Assembly: GCA_951406725.2 (NCBI GenBank)
Contig: OX597824.1
Span: 89,900,001-89,964,000, forward strand
Source: Octopus vulgaris
Taxonomy: Eukaryota
Length of the DNA: 64,000 bases
Direction of reading: 5' to 3'
Both the position numbers and the translations under genes were made by a program. The notes below the pieces were generated by a model that was given only the letters and a program-made list of their open reading frames with translations, did no database searches and was not told the origin of the DNA. Positions 52,008 through 64,000 of this stretch are shown one piece after another (position 1 is the first letter of the stretch; the number at the start of each line of letters is the position of its first letter).

Positions 52008-52543
52008 CTACCACCACTACCACTACCACCACCACCACCACCACCACCACCACCACCACCACCACCACCACCACCACCACCACCACCACCACCACCACCA
52101 CCACCACCCACCACCACCACCACCACCACCACCACCACCACCACCAACACCACCACCACCACCACCACCAACACCACCACCACCACCACCACCACCACCA
52201 CCACCACCACCACCACCACCACCACCACCACCACCACCACCACCAACACCACCACCACCACCGCCACCAACACCACCACCACCGCCACCAACACCACCAC
52301 CAACACCAACACCACCACCACCACCGCCACCAACACCACCACCACCGCCACCAACACCACCACCACCGCCCACCACCAACACCACCACCACCACCACCAA
52401 CACCACCACCACCACCACCACCACCACCACCACCGCCACCAACACCACCACCACCGCCACCAACACCACCACCACCGCCACCACCACCACCACCACCACC
52501 ACCACCACCACCACCACCACCACCACCAACACCACCACCACCG
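52008..52543. repeat. (CAC)n tract with CAA/CGC variants
   Basis: Direct observation. Confidence 0.95.
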
Positions 52544-52564
52544 ATTGCTCTTTGTGCTCCACAC

Positions 52565-52844
52565 CAGTGGCTCTCAACCATTTTTCTGCCATGTGGACCC
52601 CTTTTGGTTCCCTTTTGATTTCCATTTTGCCCTACTGGACCCTCATGGCCAACCAGCGTTTTAATAAAAGATCCCATCATATTTTTTTCATAATTAGGTA
52701 TGATTAGGAATCGTCTTTAAAAGGAATGGTAAAATAATTCGTGTCTCGTAGATGCAGAACCAATTTATTGCAGACGAACTTTAGCCACAAAATCTCACGT
52801 GGACCCCCCAAGGGAGGGGGATGGACCCCGGTTGACAACCGCTG
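52565..52844. mobile_element. hAT/Charlie-like MITE
   Basis: TIRs CAGTGGCTCTCAACC / GGTTGACAACCGCTG; 8-bp flanks CTCCACAC / ATCTACAC. Confidence 0.7.
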
Positions 52845-53099
52845 ATCTACACTAACAGGTGCATCCACACTGCGTCACAAATGCACAATAATGCATGCAT
52901 CTATACTGCACATGCACCACATATATTCACATAACCTGCACATCATGCAATGAATAGATCCACACATTGCTAACCACTCACACACACACACACACACATT
53001 GGATTACGTACTTTAGAGTACAGGCTTTGCTGCTGCACAACACACTAAAGTACACGCTTTGCTAACTACACTACAATACAAAACACATACACATACAGA

Positions 53100-53434
53100 G
53101 ATAACTGGCACTCCGCCGGTTACGACGAGGAGGGTCCAAGCTGATCCGATCAACGGAACAGCCTGTTCGTGGAATTAATATGCAAGCATGCAAGTGGCTG
53201 AGTACTCCACATACACGTGTACCCTTAGTGTAGTTCCCAGGGAGATTCAGCGTGGCACAGAGTGTGACAAGGCCGGCCCTTTGAATTACAGGTACTACTC
53301 ATTTTTGCCAGCTGAATGGACTGGAGGAATGTGAAGTAAAGTGTCTTGCTTAAGGACACAACGCGTCGCCGGGAATTGAACTCACGACCTTGCGATCTTG
53401 AGCTGAATACCCCTCACTACTAAGCCACAGGCCT
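53100..53434 (-). mobile_element. SINE family C, full length, alternative tail
   Basis: Family C head/core; tail rc ...GTCGTAACCGGCGGAGTGCCAGTTAT. Confidence 0.8.
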
Positions 53435-53953
53435 TTATCCCCCTCACACACACACATTGCTCAAAAACTACAATGCATACACATAACACCATACATTGCA
53501 CTTCACAGATGAGCATGCACACTTTTCATTCTTCCTACATATGCAATACACACGCCCACATTACACACCACCCACTACAAACGTATCACACACACGCACA
53601 CTCTACATAATACACACACGACTTTACACACACCATGCTACAAACACTACACAGCTCTTATTGTACGACACAGTTCCCATCACGTGACACAGCATCCTCC
53701 ATAATACTCCGCACATGTTTAACACCGATCACATTACACGGCACGCACATTTCATACTTACACACCGCACTACAAACGCTGTGTTACACACACTTAACTT
53801 ATTATGTAACACACATATGTAATACCTACACACGGCAGCAAACACACAACACAAATACGCACTTATAGGTCACACACCATAATACAAATGCTACGTTATT
53901 CTCGCTCACCGGATACAACACATGTATGGTGTATACAAAATAGTAAATATATA

Positions 53954-54116
53954 GGCGCAGGGGTGGCTGTGTGGTAAGTAGCTTGCTTACCAACCACATT
54001 GTTCCGGGTTCAGTCCCACTGCGTGGCACCTTGGGCAAGTGTCTTCTACTATAGCCTCGGGCCTACGAAAGCCTTGTGAGTGGATTTGGTAGACGGAAAC
54101 TGAAAGAAGCCCGTCG

Positions 54117-54159
<43 letters not shown>

Positions 54160-54402
54160 ATATATATATGCGTGTGTGTGTTTGTGTGTCTGTGTTTGTC
54201 CCCCCTAGCATTGCTTGACAACCGATGCTGGTGTGTTTATGTCCCCGTCACTTAGCGGTTCGACAAAAAGAGACCGATAGAATAAGTACTGGGCTTACAA
54301 AAGAATAAGTCCCGGGGTCGAGTTGCTCGACTAAAGGCGGTGCTCCAGCATGGCCGCAGTCAAATGACTGAAACAAGTAAAAGAGTAAAAGAGTAAAAGA
54401 GT
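53954..54402 (+). mobile_element. SINE family A, full length
   Basis: GGCGCAGGGGTGGCTG ... (GTAAAAGA)n. Confidence 0.93.
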
Positions 54403-54900
54403 ATATTATAAAGCACACAATAGACGGCGTATAGTACCTTTGTCGGCAACAGTCTACACGTATTTCACAAATCTCATGCAATATATAATAATATGGATAA
54501 TAACTATACGCCGCATTCATTTTACACGGTCTGATATTTACACATATTTAAGGTACACACAACGCATATATTTAAGACATATACACATACATGCGCATAT
54601 ATTTAATACACACATACGTATACATATATCTAAGACACATACCAATACGTATGCGTATATTTAAGACGCATACTCAGGCATCTATTTCAGACACATACGC
54701 AACACATCTAAGTCACACTCACAAACATATATATATATATATATATATACATATGTTTAAGACATATACATACACATGCATATATTTAAGACATATACAC
54801 AACACACGCACAGACTGTATTTAACGCAAATCTCAGTATTGCACATTCGCATACGTTTCAAAGGAAGCACAGTATCCATTATTACACACACTCACACACA

Positions 54901-54944
<44 letters not shown>

Positions 54945-55441
54945 TAGAAAACACGGAACGCTTCACACATTCCATTTATTTCAAACATCTCACAGATGTA
55001 TATTTCATACACACCCACGCATATACAACGGAGCAACGCATATCACGCACACATTACACACCCAAACACACACATTACACGCACGCACACAACACACGCT
55101 AAACGTAATTCATAATTCATTAATCATACACATTACACGCTCACACTACACAACTCATAGGCGTTTCACATCTACATTTACTCTACATTTCGCGTCTTAG
55201 AGCCACACAAGCACTACAACTCTACATCTTACGCAGAGATAAACCGCCACACACACACACACACACACACACGTACACACACACACACACACAGACACAC
55301 AGACACACATACACACACACAGACAGACACACACATACACATGCGCATTCATGCGCTCGCATATACACATGTTATACACACGCACTTCACTTCGCCAAAG
55401 AGATGCACTATATGCATTGGTAGGTACTACTGCTACTACTA

Positions 55442-55500
<59 letters not shown>

Positions 55501-56147
55501 ACTACATGGTTTAAAGTACCACTGATGTTCAGCATTCATATTAACACAAACCGACCGACACACTCTAAGATATATATATATATATATATTTATGTATATA
55601 TATATATACACACGCATATATAGACATTAGATGCACACACACACTCATACAAACACCTAACCGTGGTACATGTGTGTGTGAGTGTGTGTGACTGTGTGAC
55701 TGTGTGTGTGTGACTGTGTGTGTGTGGCTATACAAACACGTATTATTCTACACTTTCCTTCTCCTCCTCTTCCACTTCCCCCCCTCTCTCCATTCCTATC
55801 CCTCTCTCTCTCTCTCTCTCTCTTTCTCTTTTTCTCTCTTTTTAATGACACCTTCACCACCATCACCACCATTACTACTACTACTACTACTACTACCTTC
55901 ACTATCCGCACTTTTCCCCCTCCCTCCCTCCCTCTCTCTCTTCTCTCCAATACTCTTACCATTTATCCAACCACCGCCGCCGCCACCACCACCATCATCA
56001 TCATCATCATCATCATCACCTTCATAAACAACATTTTTTTTGCTGGTTCCCTATTTATCTCTCTCTCTCTCTCGCTCTCTCTTTCTCTCCGTCACTCTCT
56101 CTCTCTCTCTGTCTCACTCACTCTCTCCCCGACTCTGTCTCTCTCTG

Positions 56148-56182
<35 letters not shown>

Positions 56183-56277
56183 CTCAAATTCATTTTATTT
56201 CTGTTTCTGACAGAACTATCGCTGCAGCCATCATCATCATCATCATCATTACCACGACCACCACCACCACCACCACC

Positions 56278-56311
<34 letters not shown>

Positions 56312-56365
56312 ACGACAAGTCCGCTGCGTGAAAACCGCCACCGCCGCCATCACCGCCACCACTAC

Positions 56366-56419
<54 letters not shown>

Positions 56420-56530
56420 CTACCTTCTCATTACCACACGCACTACTAATAGTACTATAAATACTATTGTTAATACTAATAAAACTACCACCACCACCAC
56501 CACCACCACCACCACCACTACTACTACTAT

Positions 56531-56564
<34 letters not shown>

Positions 56565-56948
56565 ACCGACACTGCCACCACTAACAACATCAACAATATC
56601 TTATTTTAAAAAATATATTATCAACACTAATCAACCACTATAACCGCCATCATCATCGTCATCATCATCATCATCATCGTCGTCATCATCGTCATCATCA
56701 TCGTCGTCATCATCGTCATCATCGTCATCATCGTCATCGTCGTCATCATCATCATCATCATCATCGTCGTCGTCGTCATCATCGTCATCGTCGTCATCAT
56801 CATCATCATCATCATCGTCGTCGTCGTCGTCGTCGTCGTAGAGGTCCCCACCTTCGCCTTCAGCAGCAGCGTTACATTAACAAAATAACTACTGCTGTTG
56901 ATATTCCTACTGCTATCAACATAATAGCAATTATTACCACTGCTGCGG

Positions 56949-56981
<33 letters not shown>

Positions 56982-57083
56982 GTATTAGTAACAGTAGTAG
57001 TAGTAGTAGCAGCAGCAGCAGCCTTCGTAATCATTACAAAAATATTACCACTGCCCTCTCTCTCTCTCTCTCTTCTCTCTCAC

Positions 57084-57123
<40 letters not shown>

Positions 57124-57254
57124 GTTTTCATCTCTACCACAACTACATCAGCGACTACAACAACCACCATATTTATTACTAATACCACCACAACCACTAC
57201 TACTACCAATACTATTAATAAAAGAACGAAAAATCTCCACTTTTACCAAAACCT

Positions 57255-57395
57255 TCTCTCTCTGTCTCTGTCTGTCTATCTCTGTCTCTCAAAATGTCTC
57301 TCTCTTTCTCTCTCTCTCTCTGTCTATCTCTGTCTCTCAAAATTTCTCCCCTCTCTTTCTCTCTCTCTCTCTGTCTATCTCTGTCTCTCAAAATT

Positions 57396-57431
<36 letters not shown>

Positions 57432-57432
57432 A
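57255..57432. repeat. About 51-bp tandem repeat x3 on (CT)n background
   Basis: TGTCTATCTCTGTCTCTCAAAAT repeated. Confidence 0.75.
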
Positions 57433-58439
57433 TAGATATATATATAAACCACAAATAACTCCCCCTCCCTCTGTCTGTCTCTCTCTTTCTCCGGCTCTCT
57501 CTCTCTCTCTCTCTATGTCTCTCACTCTCGCCCTTAGACTTAATTTTAGTTCTACTCTTTCTCTCTCTCTTTCACATTTTTAGTCACAAATGCACATTTA
57601 GACTTACTACACAAGCGCACACGCACACACCCTCACGCTCACACACTCCCTCTTTTACTATTCCCCCTCTCTTTCTCTCACTCGCTCACTCACTTGTATA
57701 CTCTCTATCTCTCTACCTATCCCCCCCTCGCACTGGCTTCACTACCACAATGCAATCTCTCTATCTGTCTCTCCTCTGCCACTAACAAACCCTATCACCA
57801 CTACCTTCAAAGTGCTGCTCTTACCATCTTCAACAAGACTGCCAGGACTACAATACTGCGGTGACCGACCCCACACACACATATATATATATATACATAT
57901 ATATATACAAAAAAAAATCCCTCTACATGGACTCTTAAACACAACCAAGGTACGTTCTTTTCTAATAAATTCAAGGGGGACTTCGTTTACGTACACAAAC
58001 ACACACGCAAACGAACATATCTACATGTAAATATAGATATATGTAAATATATATATATATACACCGTATTATACAGCCTTCACATATTTGTGGTATGAAA
58101 TGGTGGTGGGGAATAGTTTATTGTAGGAGTGTGTTTGTTTAATGTAGTGGTGCTGACCCCCTTCATACAACTCACCGCTGAGGCGGCCACCGATCTTAAA
58201 TATCATTGCAACTATTCTCGTTTATCAAACCTTTTCTGCGTTGTCCCCACTTTTTTACATATTTAAATTCGTTTTAATTGAATATTCACAGTCTAATTAA
58301 ACAAATACACCCTCTTATCAGACACAGAAACACTGTATAAATTTGGAATTAAGCGGGGAAACAGTTATGCCATAGTTGTGACACTTTTTTTCTTTTCCCC
58401 CAAGGAAGCTTCTTTAGCGTGAGGTGTTTAGCGGCATAG

Positions 58440-58478
<39 letters not shown>

Positions 58479-58511
58479 GCAACAGCAATTAACAGTAATG
58501 ATAATAATGAT

Positions 58512-58732
58512 TATTTCGAATTTTCGTACCAGGCCAGCGATTTTAGAGGGCGGAGGTGGGTTTAGTCGAATACATCGATAATCCCCAGTTCTTGAGGGAT
58601 ACTTTATTTTATCGACCTCCAGAGGGATGAGATAAACTTGACCCCGGCGAATTCTAAACTCAGAATCTAAAAAACCGGAAGAAATATATCGCAAGGTATT
58701 TTGTCCGGCGCTCAAACGATTCTGCCAGCTCA
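58512..58732 (-). mobile_element. SINE family B2, degenerate full length
   Basis: rc head GAGCTGGCAGAATCG...; core GGTCGATAAAATAAAGTA. Confidence 0.75.
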
Positions 58733-59896
58733 GTAGTAGTATTAGTAGTAGTAGTATACAGACATAAATGTGTTAAATTATTCTTTAATGATAATAGTAA
58801 TAATAATAATAATGATGATAATCGCACCCTGGAATAAGACTTATTGGTGAGAAGGGCTGGAGAATTGCCAAAGAAGAATACTGGATGTGGTGACATTCAT
58901 TCCGGGTTCTTTCAAGGGCATTTTGGTAATGTGAATTTGAAGTCTTCGGTAAACGGAGATCGAACGAACTAATAATAATAATTTCGATGATCATCACGAT
59001 GACGACGATGATGATAATGATGATGATGATGATGACAGTTTAAGACGACGTCGGGTTTATATAAGAAAACGAATTCGGGGGGGGGGGAGAAAGGAGATTA
59101 CGTGACGTTCATGCATTTCTCAAGGACACACTGCGCGATGTCAGTTTACCTCACTGGCTTGCAACCAAGGTATCGAAACCGGATTGCGTACACTGGTAGT
59201 GGTAGCGGCGGCGGCAGTAATAGTAGTAGTAGTAGTAGTAGTAGTAGCAGCAGCAGCAGTAACAACAACAACAACAATAATAAACGATTGTTTGGTATGG
59301 CACAAGACGTAGGGATTCGTCCGGCAAAGAAACGACAGAAAAAAAAAGGGATTGGGTATCGTTCATGCGTTTTCCCCACCCCCAAATACTATTATTTCTA
59401 ATTATAATAATGATATTAATGACGATGATGATGGTAAACCATTCGGCCCCACCCTCACCTGCGACGTTCCAAGCGATCACCAAGTGACCCCCACCTCCAT
59501 TTCCTAACACACACCCGACACAATTCGCCGATTATCATTTCTATTAACCGGACAATTATTGCGTATAACACCAATTAGATTACATTGGCCCTTAGTATTC
59601 ATCTGTTAACCGTTATTTCCCTTATATTTTCTGCTGTCAACACAGTTTACACATACATGCATACATACAAACACATACACACACACTTGTGTATATAATT
59701 GTTTATTTCTGTGTGGATGTGTGCAGGGTATAAAATATCTTCCTGTCTTTCCACAGTTTGTAATTTCTTGCACCTGTGGCGAATTCTTCCGTACAGATTA
59801 TATATTATTATACCTTAATTAATTCCTTGTTTTCCAATTTCACGCTTCTATCACATCTATCTATCTATCTATCTATCTACCTACCTACTTACCTAC

Positions 59897-59979
<83 letters not shown>

Positions 59980-60102
59980 CATATCAATCAATCTATCTAT
60001 CTACCTACCTCCATATCAATCTATCTATCTACCTACCTCCATATCAATCTATCTATCTATCTACCTACATATCAATCTATCTATCTATCTACCTACATAT
60101 CA

Positions 60103-60189
<87 letters not shown>

Positions 60190-60521
60190 CACTTATCTGT
60201 CTGTCTGTAGGCATTCTTTGGTTCTACGTATTTGCCTACACACACAAACATACACCATATATATGTATACACGCAGGCCATACGTTATGCTGTGTATACA
60301 CACGTTTGTGTGCACATATATACCACACACAAGCGCGCACTTGCAGTTTTATATCTTTCGTGCAAGGCGTATATAATTATAATCTTATTCACATTGGGGG
60401 AAAAATTTTTTCATATCGTGTGTGTATATATGTATGTATATGCTTGTGAGTAATTGTGTGTGTGTTTGTATACAGACACAGATTCGCTTCCGCTCGGTAA
60501 CCTCCGTACACGATACACTAT

Positions 60522-60574
<53 letters not shown>

Positions 60575-60603
60575 GAGTGTGTGTATAGATCTAGCTATCT
60601 ATA

Positions 60604-60641
<38 letters not shown>

Positions 60642-60953
60642 GATCTAGCTATCTATATGTGTATATATATATGTATAGATCTAGCTATTTATATGTGTGT
60701 GTATATATATATATATATACACACACACCACACACATAGCATTACACACTCACTTCCTACTGAACCCGATATCAGCCTACACACACTCACAGTACACACA
60801 CACACACTACACACACACACACACACGCATTCAGTTGCTTCTGTTCGTTAAATGTCATTCTCGATACATATACATTCGCTACACAACGTATGCGTGTGTC
60901 TATACATATACATATATATATATATGTGTGTATGTATGTATGTATGTATAAAT

Positions 60954-61024
<71 letters not shown>

Positions 61025-61123
61025 TACATACACACACATACATACACACACACTCTCTCACACGCATCCACCTTTGCTTCTGATGTTACACCTACATACG
61101 ATAATGTATTATCTATACTCGTA

Positions 61124-61194
<71 letters not shown>

Positions 61195-61343
61195 AAACAT
61201 GTGCTAGTATGTTGCAAGCACACAACCTCTTCCATCTCGCATTCTCACACGCACTTGCTTTCTGTTCGTTAAATAAGATACAACTGGAAACCGAGTTTCC
61301 ACGACCAGCTTCTAGTCTGTCTGTATGTCTGAGCACACACACA

Positions 61344-61407
<64 letters not shown>

Positions 61408-61897
61408 ATGTGTGTGTGTTCTAACGACGATCTTGCCTTTTTAATAAATGTCTGTTACTGTTTGTTGCACAAGCAAGAGGCTCTCACCGTGATTGAACAG
61501 ACATATTTTCAAAGGCGTTCCAGCCATGATCATCTCAAATACCTTTAATTTTTCTTTACTTTTTTTTCTGGAACAGTGTGTATAAGACTAGATTCATCCG
61601 TAGCCCCTTCTCTCGGAACGTGCTTAGTGAAGGATTTGAAAGGAATTTGGCTACTGTTTTTAATGACCGCGTGTCGGCTTGCTTCCCCGTCGCACGAAAA
61701 ATTCTATGCCGTGAATATATGTCAATCATTTTCTCTCACGGCGATCTAGCTATGTGTGTATACACAATATATATATATTCATATATATACGTGTGCGCGT
61801 GTATGAGTGTATATATATGAGTGTGTCTGTGTCGTAAGAAACCATAAGGGAAAAATAAGGACTCGTATATTTATGTATACTTTGAATTAGTATACTA

Positions 61898-61936
<39 letters not shown>

Positions 61937-62320
61937 GTGTGTATGTATGTATAATTTATTTAACCTTTTCAACTGTATTCTTCCGACTGGTTTTCTCATA
62001 CCGATCGTCGTTTCTTCAAGAGAGATTTCCTATCATTCTTGTACCATTTATCTGCCATTCCAGCTTCCTCCTTGAGACGAAATGGACAAAAATACTTTGA
62101 CCAACGATCGCAGACCTTAACATTTCTTTCTCTCTCTCTCTTTTTCTCCGTGTTTGTTCGAAACCAAATGTCTTATATTATACCCTCGTCTCTCTCTCTC
62201 TCTCTTCCCATCTTTATATCATCCACATTTTTCGGTCATAGTAAAATTAAATTAACTACCCTGTGAAGAACAGGAAATGGATGATAACGTGTGGGTGTGT
62301 ACATATATACATACATACAT

Positions 62321-62380
<60 letters not shown>

Positions 62381-62509
62381 CGTTTTTAGCAGTAGAACTC
62401 GAAGCAGATAAAGCTATGAATAATAGCAATGTGAATATTGGTTCTAAAAATCCGTTTTTGATAGACAAAGTCAAACACTGCCCATATATATATGTGTGTG
62501 TACATACAC

Positions 62510-62568
<59 letters not shown>

Positions 62569-62606
62569 ACACACACACAATTCAACATACACAGATTCTC
62601 TCTCTT

Positions 62607-62682
<76 letters not shown>

Positions 62683-63045
62683 GTGTATGTTGATTTGTTT
62701 TACTGTGTGTAGTGCATTTTGAAAGTGGGTGGGGTGTATAAATATTTAGCTGTATCCAGGGTGTAGGAAGTAGTTCGAGGTTTTGTATATAGCTATAAAA
62801 ATAGAAGGACTTTCAGAGGTGGGTGTATAAAATACAAGTATCCACATTTAATAGGAGTAATATAATTATATTTAAATTAAATTTTTTTTAGCCGTGTGTG
62901 ATTCAATTTGCAAACAATACGGGGGGAAAACGACTCGATACAACAGTTGTAGAGTATAAGGTATTATGATATCTATTGTAGAGTACAGAATATTCTTTCG
63001 TAAAGTTGCTTGATATCTTTGTTCACGTACACACGCACATACATA

Positions 63046-63227
63046 GGCGCAGGAGTGGCTGTGTGGTAAGTAGCTTGCTTACCAACCACATGGTTTGGGG
63101 TTCAGTCCCACTGCGTGGCACCTTGGGCAAGTGTCTCTTCTACTATAGCCTTGTGAGTGGATTTCGACCAAAGCCTTGTGAGTGGATTTGGTAGATGGAA
63201 ACTGAAAAGAAGTCCGTCGTATATATG

Positions 63228-63262
<35 letters not shown>

Positions 63263-63432
63263 TGTCCCTCCAACATCGCTTGACAACCGATGGTGGTGTG
63301 TTTACGTCCCCGTTAAAGAGACCGATAGCATAATTACTAGGCTTACAAAGAATAATACTGGGGTCGATTTGCTCGATTAATGGCGGTGCTCCAGCTTGAC
63401 CGCAGTCAAATGATTGAAACAAGTAAAAGAGT
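63046..63432 (+). mobile_element. SINE family A, full length
   Basis: Complete structure with small internal duplication GCCTTGTGAGTGGATTT. Confidence 0.9.
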
Positions 63433-63451
63433 ATACGTATGTATCTTTAGC

Positions 63452-63579
63452 GTGTTTCAGTCAGTAGACTATGGCCATGCTGGGGCACCGCTCTGAATAA
63501 TTCTTAGTCGAATGAATCCCCCTTTGCTGAAACGCTAAGTTATGGGGACGTAAACACACCAACACCGGTTGTCGGTTTT

Positions 63580-63614
<35 letters not shown>

Positions 63615-63895
63615 CCACGTCGGGTTTCTTTCAGTTTCCGTCGGTAGAAAACACTTGCCCAAGGTGTCACGCAGTGGGACTGAACCAAGAACGATGTGCT
63701 TGTGAAGCAAGCTTCTTACCACACAGCCAAATACTTTTTACTCGCTTCAGTCCTTGAACTGCGTGGCCATGCTGGAGCACCGCTTTGAAGGGTTTCAGTC
63801 GAACAAATCGACCCCTGTAATTATTCTGTCGGTGTCTTTTGTCGAACGGCTAAGTTACGGTTGTCGAGCGGCGCGAAGGAACAACCCCTTCCACA
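63452..63895 (-). mobile_element. Two deleted SINE family A copies (63452-63729, 63735-63895)
   Basis: Tail and head motifs with internal deletions. Confidence 0.75.
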
Positions 63896-63916
63896 CACAC
63901 ACAAACACATATATAT

Positions 63917-64000
63917 GTGGCTGTGTGGTAAGAAGCTTCCTTCCCAACCACATGGTTCCGGGTTCATTCCCACTGCGTGGCACCTTGGGCAAGTGTCTTC
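63917..64000 (+). mobile_element. SINE family A head (runs off window)
   Basis: GTGGCTGTGTGGTAAG...GGCACCTTGGGCAAGTGTCTTC. Confidence 0.88.

Noticed and set aside
51982-52680. 232-aa poly-Gly/Trp/Val ORF
   Set aside because: (GGT)n tract joined to a hAT MITE.

Overview
Repeat-saturated eukaryotic DNA with no protein-coding exon I can support; almost all long ORFs in the track are translated microsatellites. The SINE families and extreme (TA)n/(TG)n/(TATG)n/(GATA)n/trinucleotide load look like an octopus (coleoid cephalopod) intergenic or intronic region; this is an inference from repeat content only. The window contains about 35 tRNA-derived SINE copies from four head/core types and LINE remnants of the RTE, Dong/R4, Tx1/L1 and I-group clades. 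It also has a near-complete Tc1 element with DD36E spacing, mariner, pogo and hAT derivatives, non-autonomous Helitrons and a 58/61-bp hairpin minisatellite. Four signals stand out. (1) A set of short Penelope-like terminal repeats, mostly lodged in (TA)n tracts, carry minimal hammerhead-ribozyme folds, several with a CCGANGA core variant, and several related fragments are fold-back hairpins. (2) One SINE family shares its 3' tail with the Tx1-like LINE in the same window and forms multimers with an identical junction at two independent loci. (3) A DD36E (Incomer-like) Tc1 element is present. (4) Dong/R4 fragments are stacked in one (TAA)n array.
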